A program made the translations under genes and the position numbers. A stretch of 62,447 nt of DNA, the filler included, from Nemertoderma westbladi (Eukaryota; Animalia; Xenacoelomorpha): assembly GCA_032718475.1 (NCBI GenBank). It is 3 parts of 3 records of this genome, joined end to end, with 100 filler letters (N's around TTAATTAATTAA, not from the genome) between each part and the next. Parts side by side here need not be neighbours in the genome. Positions count along the whole stretch, not along the records: positions 1 to 21,681 come from JAUCBJ010002199.1; positions 21,782 to 50,479 come from JAUCBJ010002060.1; 1 more part is not named here. One strand, 5' to 3'. This document shows, in pieces, positions 14,521 to 26,354 of the stretch. Numbering within the stretch: the first letter of the stretch is position 1; every line of letters starts with the position of its first letter. Under the pieces are notes generated by a model. The model ran no database searches. It was given only the letters and a program-made list of their open reading frames with translations, and was not told the DNA's origin.

Positions 14521-15389
14521 CTTTAGATTATCACAGTACTACATGTTAAGAGACATAGCTACAACCTAAACTGCATCCTTGGCTGTCCTAGTGTGCCAAT
14601 GTGTCATATGTATTGAACTATTTTGTATATATATATAATAGTATATAATTTAACTTTTTATTGTACCATTATATTGTTAACTCTCCTACTTATGTGATAT
14701 GTGACGCCTCGTCTAATTCTCAATTGGGTTTTAAGAATGGTTTTTCGTGCAATCTTTGGTTTCAATAGTTCCTGCACATGTCTTCATTTGTAATTTCCAC
14801 TAATTTCGTCAGCTATATTGTGATGTTTTGTACGTTTATTACTCTCTCGACACAAGAAACTCAGGTTAGTGATGTGAACAACGTCTGTGTACATTACTTA
14901 TGTAAAAAGGGTGATTATAAGTTTAGCAATTTGTCCTGCCCAAGACATAATAAATTGAAATCACCCCAACCCCAAATATGATAGTGTTATCACAAAAGTA
15001 GTGAATTATCTCTAAAAAAATAATAGCATCTCAAAGTAATAATGCTATTTAAAACCAAATACAATAAAGTTGTTAACTTTAATAAATTTATAAGAAATGC
15101 TTTTTTTTATATCGGAAAGTGTTCATGAAATGTCAAACTCACGTCTCTATATGAACTTTGCTTACTACGTTTTACTAAGAACACTTTTCCTTACATGATG
15201 CATAAACTTTTCAACACGCTCAATCATAAAGAACCATTATAAGTGCGAATTCAAAAGTAGCGAATATGTTTTAAACTACATGTATTGCGTTTTTATTCAG
15301 GGTCAAACTGATAACCGAAGGAGCATGGTTCAACATTCAACCAACTTCTGTAAGTACCGTACTAAACTATCAGGCTGTAAGAATTGTAA

Positions 15390-15650
15390 TCAACTAACAA
15401 CAGTAAAATAATGTACTGACAGCTGGAAGTAATGTACTAAAATAGCAGCTGTAATTAATGTACTAAAATAACAGCTGTAATTAATGTACTTAACTAACGG
15501 AACAGCTTGCTGTATGTAATGTATTTAACTAACAGTTAAGTGAATAATGTATTTAAACTAACAACTGTAACTAAAGTACTTAACTAATGTACTCAAATAA
15601 CAACTGTAAATAATGTACTTAATTAACAGAACAGCTGTAAGTAATGTACT
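15390..15650. repeat. Degenerate ~27-bp tandem repeat (AACAGCTGTAATTAATGTACTAAAAT-like)
   Basis: Repeated CAGCTGTAA...TAATGTACT motifs. Confidence 0.6.
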
Positions 15651-16160
15651 TTTGTTCCTAAGTTGTAACATTACTTAACGCCGTAAGTATTAACAGCGAG
15701 TTGTTATTTAGCACTTTACAACTTTAGAGGACATTACAGCATTGTATTGGCCTGTACATTTAGTATTGTATTTGGTGTTATTATTTACGTGATAACCATT
15801 GACGGCGTTAAGTAATGTCCACTAAGGGGACATTACTTAACACCGTCATGGGTTGCCACGTAAACAATAGGTGGAAATTTACCTGACAGCCACATAGGGC
15901 TACTGCATTACCTACCGGTAGGCGGGGTATAGCTATTAATAACCAGTTGGGCCTAGCTATATTATTATTAAAAAAAAAAATTTATTATTATTATTTATAT
16001 ATATTTATATATTATTTATACAGCAACTAATATAATTTGTGCAGTTTCTATAATTGGTGTATAGTACAATCATTTCGTAATGTTAAAATTTTGGAATAAA
16101 ACTACATACATACTTGTTGCAAAGTACTTTACACACAAGTATGTAAATAGTTATTAACTA
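15650..16160 (+). mobile_element. Interspersed palindromic MITE-like repeat (copy A; inverted copy at 22318-22856)
   Basis: About 500 bp align in reverse complement with 22318-22856; internal ~42-bp-arm hairpin 15779-15869 and GGACATTAC...GTAATGTCC subunits. Confidence 0.8.
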
Positions 16161-16695
16161 TAACAAACAGTTATGTGAATAATGTATTTAAACGAACAAC
16201 TGTAACTCTAAAGTACTTAACTACCGGTTTAAAAGTAAGTATATTTTTTACTACTGTTGTAATATCAGCAGTAAAATCGTAATATACGATCTTAGATCCT
16301 GCTACGTCTAACTTTGGCAATCTTGGATTCAACCGAACTTAGATTTATTATTATTTTTTGTTGTTTTATTGACAGATTTAACATCTGAGTGTAGACCCCG
16401 TCCAACTATGACTAATGTAAAAGAGTTATTTACGGATCATCTAATTAAACCGGTTACGCCCCGACATATAGACGTCTGGCGCTGCGACTTTCACGACTGC
16501 TGCGGAATTGATTCCGTCTGCGGTCCCGTTCCTGGCACTCGGTATAACGTATCTCTCTCGGTGCTTGCGCTTAGAACGACAATGACTATGGTGAGCTATT
16601 ACCTGTATTTCTTTATGATTCTGAACTTTTTTACCCTTTATTGCAAGCGAATTTCGGACTTATCCGCACCAAATTGTGTTCCACCGTGTTTACAA

Positions 16696-17712
16696 TACTA
16701 CTACTATGATCGGCATGCTGCAAGAATGCATCCATGCAAGAATGCTGTGCCGGCCTATCGACAAAATCGCGCCACAACTTCCTATCACCATGACATTTGC
16801 TGGATCATCCGCATCATCAAGGTCAGTGTCCTTTAAGATGCGTCTCAAGAAAGTGATGGGCTGTTCACCATGCTTAGTCACTCCATGAGGCTGCCAAAGC
16901 ACAAGATTATTCACTGGCTGGTCCTCACCGAAAGCAATGTCCTGCAAAGCGGAGGCGGCTTTGTTCTAGTGTCAAGCTTGTGGGAACCAATGACGACACC
17001 TCCAATGCTATGTAGGTGTCTGGTTGGAGATGTGTGCATTGTACTCGACACAGTGAACCCGGCGTAGCATTCTTGTGAATGTGCCATCCAGAGATTTGGT
17101 GTCCTCCGCAGTTAGAGCCCAGCATGGACTCCCATAGAGGAGTACTGGAACTACTGCTGCTCTAAATAATCGGACCTTAAGTTTCCGACTAATTCTATGT
17201 GACTTCAAAATCAGGGAAAGCCTATTCAAGGCTGCCCATGTATTTCCCTTACGTATTCGAAGGTCCTCACCTGAATTCCGGATCCATGATCCCAGGAAAC
17301 AGAAGTCGTCGACATGTTCAAGCATACCATCCTTTGAGCTTATGCTCATCCGGTCAGAGACTTACTGAGGACTTTCAAAGTTAACTGTCAAAATTTTGGT
17401 CTTTTTGGAGTTAATAAAAAGACCAACACTAGAAGCAGCCTGTTCTAATGAGCTGAGGAGCAGTTGGGCTCCCTCTAGTGATTCTGAGAGTACTCCTAAG
17501 TCATCAGCAAAGTCTAGACCAGTTAGGTACTTGGCAGGATTTCCTCGACTTTTGGAGCCAGTAGGTGGAGTTATCATCACCCAATCATCATTATATGATG
17601 ATCTAAGGACATGCGTAGAACATAGTCAACCACAATTTATGAACAAGAATGGCGCAAGTGTGTCTCCTTGGAGGACTCCCCATAACACTTCAAATGGTTC
17701 TGTGTCACCGTC
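16696..17712 (-). mobile_element. RTE-clade LINE 3' fragment (copy 3)
   Basis: LDFADDLGVLS, VLLYGSPCW, RLRFAGHCFR; same 3' terminus and (TAG)n-like tail as copy 1. Confidence 0.92.
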
Positions 17713-18579
17713 GGAAACTATGTTTACACAGTACATATACTTGCAGACTCAATTTGGTGAACATCGTTAGTTCTAAATTGACTTAAGGTTATAATAAACA
17801 TATATTTTATTTACAGAAAGATAGGCACAGGAGAGTCAATACTTCGAGGTTTACTATTAACGTTACCATGGATAGATGCTGCCAATGTACGCCAAAGTAA
17901 GTCTAAATTAGCGCGAGCTACAGTAGGCTATACTACAGTACCGGTACTATAATTTAACTCACGATAAAACACTATTTTCCCGACCACTTACGGGGTGAGC
18001 CAGAATTTATATTTTATTTTTATATCTTTCATCTTTGGCTACAAGCGTTAAAAATGGAGTTGATAAAAGAAGCAATAACAATAACAAATAACAATAAAAT
18101 ACAGCTAAGTTATGTTGGTTGATTGCTACTGTTTCACATCACAGTTAGAAACGTAAACAATTTTACCAGCCCCCCCCCCCCCCCGCATTAAGTACTGGGC
18201 CCGAGGCGACTCACTCACGATAATTCGCGATAATATTTGAACAAAATTTTTCAAAAAAGTGCTTGAGGGAAATTCTGGAACATATAAAATATGTGGGAAA
18301 TTCAAGTTACATGAATTTCCTATAATCGTTTGGAAGTAGAAACTTTATCGCGCAACTTATTTATTATTAGTTTTTTGAAATGATGGCAATGTTAGATTTA
18401 CTGTGGTTAGGATGGCAATATTAACTATACGTCATTGTTCATAAAATAGCTATATTTTTATATATATTTTATATATATATTATATATTTTTATTATTTGT
18501 TCATAATAATACTGGAAATACATAGTAAAATGTATGGCGTAGGGACATATATACTGAGAAATAACGTCGCAATGCGATG

Positions 18580-21500
18580 TAAAGTGTGGTTAGGATGGCA
18601 ATATAAACTGTACGTAAGATTTACTGTGGTTAGGATGGCAATATAACTCTGTACGTTAGATTTACTGTGGTTAGGATGGCAATATAACTCTGTACGTTAG
18701 ACTTACTGTGGTTAGGATGGCAATATAACACTGTACGTTAGATTTACTGTGGTTAGGATGGCAATATAACTCTGTACGTTAGATTTACTGTGGTTAGGAT
18801 GGCAATATAACTCTGTACGTTAGATTTACTGTGGTTAGGATGGCAATATAACTCTGTACGTTAGATTTACTGTGGTTAGGATGGCAATATAACTCTGTAC
18901 GTTAGACTTACTGTGGTTAGGATGGCAATATAACACTGTACGTTAGATTTACTGTGGTTAGGATGGCAATATAACTCTGTACGTTAGATTTACTGTGGTT
19001 AGGATGGCAATATAACTCTGTACGTTAGATTTACTGTGGTTAGGATGGCAATATAACTCTGTACGTTAGATTTACTGTGGTTAGGATGGTAATATAACTC
19101 TGTACGTTAGATTTACTGTGGTTAGGATGGCAATATAACTCTGTACGTTAGATTTACTGTGGTTAGGATGGCAATATAACTCTGTACGTTAGATTTACTG
19201 TGGTTAGGATGGCAATATAACTCTGTACGTTAGATTTACTGTGGTTAGGATGGCAATATAACACTGTATGTTAGATTTACTGTGGTTAGGATGGCAATAT
19301 AACTCTGTACGTTAGATTTACTGTGGTTAGGATGGCAATATAACTCTGTACGTTAGATTTACTGTGGTTAGGATGGCAATATAACACTGTACGTTAGATT
19401 TACTGTGGTTAGGATGGCAATATAACTCTGTACGTTAGATTTACTGTGGTTAGGATGGCAATATAACTCTGTACGTTAGATTTACTGTGGTTAGGATGGC
19501 AATATAACTCTGTACGTTAGATTTACTGTGGTTAGGATGGCAATATAACTCTGTACGTTAGATTTACTGTGGTTAGGATGGCAATATAACACTGTACGTT
19601 AGATTTACTGTGGTTAGGATGGCAATATAACTCTGTACGTTAGATTTACTGTGGTTAGGATGGCAATATAAACTGTACGTTAAATTTACTGTGGTTAGGA
19701 TGGCAATATAACTCTGTACGTTAGATTTACTGTGGTTAGGATGGCAATATAACTCTGTACGTTAGATTTACTGTGGTTAGGATGGCAATATAACTCTGTA
19801 CGTTAGACTTACTGTGGTTAGGATGGCAATATAACACTGTATGTTAGATTTACTGTGGTTAGGATGGCAATATAACTCTGTACGTTAGATTTACTGTGGT
19901 TAGGATGGCAATATAACTCTGTACGTTAGACTTACTGTGGTTAGGATAGCAATATAACACTGTACGTTAGATTTACTGTGGTTAGGATGGCAATATAACT
20001 TTGTACGTTAGATTAACTGTGGTTAGGATGGCAATATAACTCTGTACGTTAGATTTACTGTGGTTAGGATGGCAATATAACTCTGTACGTTAGATTTACT
20101 GTGGTTAGGATGGCAATATAACACTGTATGTTAGATTTACTGTGGTTAGGATGGCAATATAACTCTGTACGTTAGATTTACTGTGGTTAGGATGGCAATA
20201 TAACTCTGTACGTTAGATTTACTGTGGTTAGGATGGCAATATAACTCTGTACGTTAGACTTACTGTGGTTAGGATGGCAATATAACACTGTACGTTAGAT
20301 TTACTGTGGTTAGGATGGCAATATAACTCTGTACGTTAGATTTACTGTGGTTAGGATGGCAATATAACTCTGTACGTTAGATTTACTGTGGTTAGGATGG
20401 CAATATAACTCTGTACGTTAGATTTACTGTGGTTAGGATGGCAATATAACTCTGTACGTTAGATTTACTGTGGTTAGGATGGCAATATAACTCTGTACGT
20501 TAGATTTACTGTGGTTAGGATGGCAATATAACTCTGTACGTTAGATTTACTGTGGTTAGGATGGCAATATAACTCTGTACGTTAGATTTACTGTGGTTAG
20601 GATGGCAATATAACTCTGTACGTTAGATTTACTGTGGTTAGGATGGCAATATAACTCTGTACGTTAGATTTACTGTGGTTAGGATGGCAATATAACTCTG
20701 TACGTTAGATTTACTGTGGTTAGGATGGCAATATAACTCTGTACGTTAGATTTACTGTGGTTAGGATGGCAATATAACACTGTACGTTAGATTTACTGTG
20801 GTTAGGATGGCAATATAACTCTGTACGTTAGATTTACTGTGGTTAGGATGGCAATATAAACTGTACGTTAAATTTACTGTGGTTAGGATGGCAATATAAC
20901 TCTGTACGTTAGATTTACTGTGGTTAGGATGGCAATATAACTCTGTACGTTAGATTTACTGTGGTTAGGATGGCAATATAACTCTGTACGTTAGACTTAC
21001 TGTGGTTAGGATGGCAATATAACACTGTATGTTAGATTTACTGTGGTTAGGATGGCAATATAACTCTGTACGTTAGATTTACTGTGGTTAGGATGGCAAT
21101 ATAACTCTGTACGTTAGACTTACTGTGGTTAGGATGGCAATATAACACTGTACGTTAGATTTACTGTGGTTAGGATGGCAATATAACTTTGTACGTTAGA
21201 TTAACTGTGGTTAGGATGGCAATATAACTCTGTACGTTAGATTTACTGTGGTTAGGATGGCAATATAACTCTGTACGTTAGATTTACTGTGGTTAGGATG
21301 GCAATATAACTCTGTACGTTAGACTTACTGTGGTTAGGATGGCAATATAACACTGTACGTTAGATTTACTGTGGTTAGGATGGCAATATAACTCTGTACG
21401 TTAGATTTACTGTGGTTAGGATGGCAATATAACTCTGTACGTTAGATTTACTGTGGTTAGGATGGCAATATAACTCTGTACGTTAGATTTACTGTGGTTA

Positions 21501-21681
21501 GGATGGCAATATAACTCTGTACGTTAGACTTACTGTGGTTAGGATGGCAATATAACACTGTACGTTAGATTTACTGTGGTTAGGATGGCAATATAACTCT
21601 GTACGTTAGATTTACTGTGGTTAGGATGGCAATATAACTCTGTACGTTAGATTTACTGTGGTTAGGATGGCAATATAACTC
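18580..21681. repeat. 41-bp satellite (GATTTACTGTGGTTAGGATGGCAATATAACTCTGTACGTTA), about 75 copies, runs into the gap
   Basis: Highly homogeneous 41-nt periodicity; one orphan unit at ~18380-18430. Confidence 0.98.
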
Positions 21682-21781
21682 NNNNNNNNNNNNNNNNNNN
21701 NNNNNNNNNNNNNNNNNNNNNNNNNTTAATTAATTAANNNNNNNNNNNNNNNNNNNNNNNNNNNNNNNNNNNNNNNNNNNN
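21682..21781. other. Assembly gap with artificial six-frame-stop linker (44N-TTAATTAATTAA-44N)
   Basis: N run with TTAATTAATTAA at 21726-21737. Confidence 0.98.
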
Positions 21782-21930
21782 GTTGCTGGAGTCCTCACAC
21801 ACAGAAACAAGTCTCGGAAACAAGTTGCAGCAACAAGTTTCTGTGTGTGAGGGGGTCCAGCAACAAGTTTCAGAAACAAGTTGCAGAAACAAGTTGCAGA
21901 AACAAGTTGCTCCGTGTGAGGGGGGCCTTA
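21782..21930. mobile_element. Right part of a PIF/Harbinger-like palindromic MITE
   Basis: Internal hairpin 21782-21864, repeated GAAACAAGTTGCA units, terminus GTGTGAGGGGGGCC followed by TTA. Confidence 0.55.
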
Positions 21931-22317
21931 GGATTAGCTATTATTTGATTTAGTTCATTGTTAGTTAAGCAATAACTGTTAAGTGGAATTGATTTAAGGA
22001 AATGCAATGAAATTATAGAAGTAACAGCAAGCGCGATAATCTTTAATTCCATATTAATATACTAAAATACGTAATATTTTTAATATATAAAATTATAATA
22101 ATATTTTATATGAATTAATAATATTCAATTCATATAAAAACAATCAATCATATGCATAAGTTCTAAACGTTTCGATTTTTACACAAAATCATCATGACAG
22201 TAATTATGTACAAAATTTAGCCTAAACTAACAACTAATTGGCGAAACTACGACACTTTTGAGCCCGCATAGGTAAACATACGGCAACGCAACATCGCCCC
22301 TCTAACTGGCAAACGTG

Positions 22318-22856
22318 TAATAACTATTTACATACTTGTGTGTAAAGTAGCATAAGTATGTATATAGTTTTAGTCCAAAATTTTAACATTACGAAATGAT
22401 TGTACATATGCTTTATAAGTGATAGAAACTGCACAAATTATATTAGTTGCTGTATAAATAAATGTAAAAATGACATAAATTATGTTATAAATAAGTTAGC
22501 TTATATTCATGGTGGCGTGTGGAGCCATGTTATAATAATATAGCTAGGCCCTACTGGTTATTAATAGCTATACCCCGCCTACCGGTAGGTAATGCAGTAG
22601 GCCTATCTGGCTGTCAGGCAAATTTCCACCTATTGTTTACGTGGTATCCAATGATGGCGTTAAGTAATATCCCCTTAGTGGACATTACTTAACGCCGTCA
22701 TGGGTTACCACGTAAACAATAACACCAAATACAATACTAAATGTACAGGCCAATACAATGATGTAATGTCCTCTAAAGTTGTAAAGTGCTAAATAACGAT
22801 TCGTTGTTAATACTAACGGGAACGGCGTTGAGTAATGTTACAATTTTGGAATAAAA
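22318..22856 (-). mobile_element. Interspersed palindromic MITE-like repeat (copy B)
   Basis: Reverse-complement match to 15650-16160. Confidence 0.8.
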
Positions 22857-22865
22857 TCAGTTAAT

Positions 22866-23060
22866 TACTCGGCCGTTCTAGAACATTCACTTACTGAGGA
22901 CCATGACCACCCAACCGATACTAAAAACATTACTATACTTACTTCTTCTAACACCCAATTCGACTCTCTAATCAAAGAAACCCTACGAATTCGCGAGGTC
23001 AAACACACTTTAAATACTAAAGTTAAATCGATCTTATATAGATACAGTTTGTTTATCCTA
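22866..23060 (+). mobile_element. Penelope-like element remnant, GIY-YIG endonuclease C-terminus
   Basis: Translates SAVLEHSLTEDHDHPTDTKNITILTSSNTQFDSLIKETLRIREVKHTLN, matching the SA..EH...H...IL....IKE...I.....LN pattern of PLE endonucleases. Confidence 0.65.
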
Positions 23061-24632
23061 AACAAACATGGATGGACCTATACACAGATTTATTACTCAT
23101 ACATACCGACCGATAGTATTAATTTTAGATTTTTACATTTACATCATATTAGCTACCCTTGTCCATCCGCAGTTGAGGAACAACACAGGAATGTTCACCG
23201 GTGCACAATCCACAGCCGCACTAACTAAACGCCAAACCTCAAATCCTGCCGCAGTCATGGAACAGCACATGGTTGTTCACTGATGCATAAATCACAGTAC
23301 CAAAGAACCAGTGGTTTCAGAGCCGCAGCTAACGTGTTAAAAATGATTGATATTCTAGTAAAAATGAAGAAAATTTCGACACTATTATTATCGACATTAT
23401 TTTCGATTGATTATCGATTAACTTTGGAGACCCCTAGCACAAACGGTCGATACGATTTAAGGCAAGGCGTATTGCGTATTTTCCTACCCTATTAACCCTT
23501 GTGGGTTCGTTGTGAAACGCATTACTAACCTTTTGGTGCCTCTTTCCGAAATTTCGCTAGCTGGCGCCGTTCAGGTTACTACTGTAGGTTATCCAAATAA
23601 TTGGTGACTTCTACATGCGTTTGTTGCATTACGGTGCCTTTGTTGACTTGGTAGTATAACTGAATATATTATTCCCCTACCAGTGGTGTCGCTTCTGGGA
23701 GACTGGATGCAGTCGTGGTAGAGATGGGACCCACAACTAGTATGTATGGACTGTATAAAAGTATAAGTACATAGAATAAAGTTCTACAATATACATCACG
23801 ATTAATGCGCGAGTTATTTACCTAATCGCTAATATTTATTAGCGATGATACGAACAGATTATTATTACCCGCCCTCAACTCCCTTAATTTTACTCATGTT
23901 TAATGACCCCCCCCCCCCCCCCCCCCAACCAACACACTATAGGACTCTAAAACAGAGAATCGTTCTTGTGTGTTGAACCCATAGTACGAACACGCGGTCC
24001 GTAATAATAAAAGTTATTTTGACATTCGGGGGAAGGCTTGGCCCGTATCAGTTGGAAGAGAAACACGTTTTCTTATTTTCGAACACTTCCTCTATGTTTT
24101 GAGGTGTCGAAACTATTTACAAATAAACCAAGGACGGCAAAATGCACCCGAATCTTAAGATAAGTTTTAATTTTGCTGACTTCCGGCTTTTGTCCTCCAC
24201 ATTATGAAAGTTATTAATAGTTTAATACTTTATTATTAATATATTAATATGCCGTTTTATATTTTAAGGTTTTCATTATTTATGGAAATTCTATGTAAAC
24301 CTAATATCGTATCAGATTAAAACATGACGAGACATTATGTACATAATGTACAACAACTACACGTAAAGTACGATACTTCTCTAAATATTTAAGCACCAGT
24401 TGAATGGCAGCACATACACTACCGTCCAACACTGCTAGCAGGCATATAGAAAGGTAGACCGGACAAAGTCAGTGTAAAACGAAAAATAAAGTACTGCGCG
24501 TGGTACGGTGGGAGGTGGGGTCAGCTAGGCACCCTGCTAGCCCGTCCCGCCTCCAGAGTACACTATTGCCGCGGTTTTAATGCAGACAGACTGTCTCTGG
24601 TTGATGATATTCCGCGGTGTAATACTGTCCAA

Positions 24633-24809
24633 TCAGTGTGTAGCCGCCATTACTTGTGCGTGGGCGGGGTGATAGTTCGCTAAGCTTGTCGGTAAGGAGG
24701 GTCTGTCTTCGAGTTTATCGTAGTCCAAGTGGAACTCCTTCGCTACTTTCCTCCAAGACGGCCAGTCGAAGAAGAAGTAGGTGCCGCGTTCGAACGTTGT
24801 TGTTTTCAC
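24633..24809 (-). CDS. CNOT2: CCR4-NOT subunit 2, terminal coding exon (58 aa + TGA)
   Basis: Acceptor TTTTTTCGCAG then VKTTTFERGTYFFFDWPSWRKVAKEFHLDYDKLEDRPSLP...TH*, matching the NOT-box C-terminus of CNOT2. Confidence 0.95.
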   Translation of the reverse strand: MKTTTFERGTYFFFDWPSWRKVAKEFHLDYDKLEDRPSLPTSLANYHPAHAQVMAATH

Positions 24810-26354
24810 CTGCGAAAAAAATAAATATCAAATAAATATCAAATAAAATTAAAAAAATAATTGTCATTGGGGAAATATATTTTATTACAATATGCGAACA
24901 TAATGGATAGTATTTAGTTTTTAGTAATAACCATTTATTGTACGGTAATCTCGGTAAATAAAGTAAGCCTACATAAACACTTATATTACTTAGTTACCGA
25001 TCGAGCACAACGAGCAAGGCATTAAGGTAGAGATATATCGATCTGAAACTGGCGGAATTTCCAGCGCTTACAAAGTGAGGAAAACATGTTTCATAGCAGC
25101 AGGAAGGCTTATTGAAATTAAATTTTGTCACCAAATTGGTAGTTTGAATTTTGTACATCAAATTATTCGTAAGCCATTTGAACTTCGCATTTTATTAACA
25201 AAATTTAAACTTCAATAAGCAATTGAAACTCAAATATTGATTATATACGTGTTACACGGAATTCTGTGCTTCAAACACTTTCACGCTTATTTAGAAAATA
25301 GTCTCAGTCTGTTCTGTATGGGCGGCAGCGATTGGATGAAGTTTTGGGTAGCCGGGTGCAACGCAAATAAATTAATCAATATCATATACAAGTACCGGAA
25401 TAGTAAATAATTGCTGCGTATACATTGCTCCGGTGTGGTGTAAGTAAATTCGCCTCCTCATGGGAAATCCTCTAGGCAATCAATTCCCCTAAGAGGGTGA
25501 TATTAACTTGGTCAATCTGACCGGTAGTCGTAGTCGGCACCGTGCACAAATACTGTCGAAAGGCTGCCACCAGAAAATCTCCAGTGCAGAAAAATGCTGG
25601 AGCCCATCCGACTCATGTAATTATGTTGGTTGTCTGGTGAAAGTGGCGCTCCAAATACCATTACTTGCAATGTCCCCTGATCCCACACTGTAACTCCTCT
25701 CTCCGGTACGCCCAGTATTTATTAAACTTAGAACGCCCTTAATTTTAAAAATTATATAATTCCTTTAACATAGTCTTTTTTATATAAATATTTATTTGTG
25801 CCAAATTTTTTAGAACTTGATTACCGCCCAGTTATTAATATAATAGGAGAGCAAACAATATCTTTTATAACTCTTATCAATTCATCATCACTTCCACTTC
25901 CAGAAGTTCTACATGACTACCTGCTTTAGGAGATTAAAAAGAGAAAATCTTTAGTCAATGATTTCCATAGCAACTAGGCCTAGTGAGATAAATAATATAG
26001 CCATTGTTTTTATTATTACAAATTATTTATTCGAATTCTAATAAACACATCTTAAAAAACAATAAATTATATTATTAATTCGCCCCATAATGAGCCCAAA
26101 CTTTAAGACCAGCCGGATAGGAAAAGCCAAATCAGATTAATTTTTATTTTATATTTCTGGACAGGAAGTAATAATATATATATATATATTTGGTATAAAT
26201 GTGTACAAGAAAACAACAATTATGGGTTAATTAAATATGTGGGGATTAGTGTAGAAATATCCAATAATTATATAAATAAACTAATGATTTTATTATATAG
26301 GTGTAGGTAGGTTACTGGTACCGATATCGTAACGTATTGGGAACTTCGGCTAAC

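Noticed and set aside
10998-21681. 32-bp and 41-bp arrays as CRISPR arrays
   Set aside because: Units are head-to-tail with no unique spacers, there are no cas genes, and the context is eukaryotic
18580-21681. Telomeric array
   Set aside because: Only one TTAGG per 41-bp unit; not a simple telomere repeat
21726-21737. TTAATTAATTAA as a biological motif (also 50524-50535)
   Set aside because: Identical 12-mer centred in N runs; artificial linker
26268-26354. C-terminus VSRSSQYV...SLFI of the 601-aa ORF, and its upstream start at 28073
   Set aside because: Intron read-through; the true end is the exon at 24633-24809, and the first ATG is at 28049
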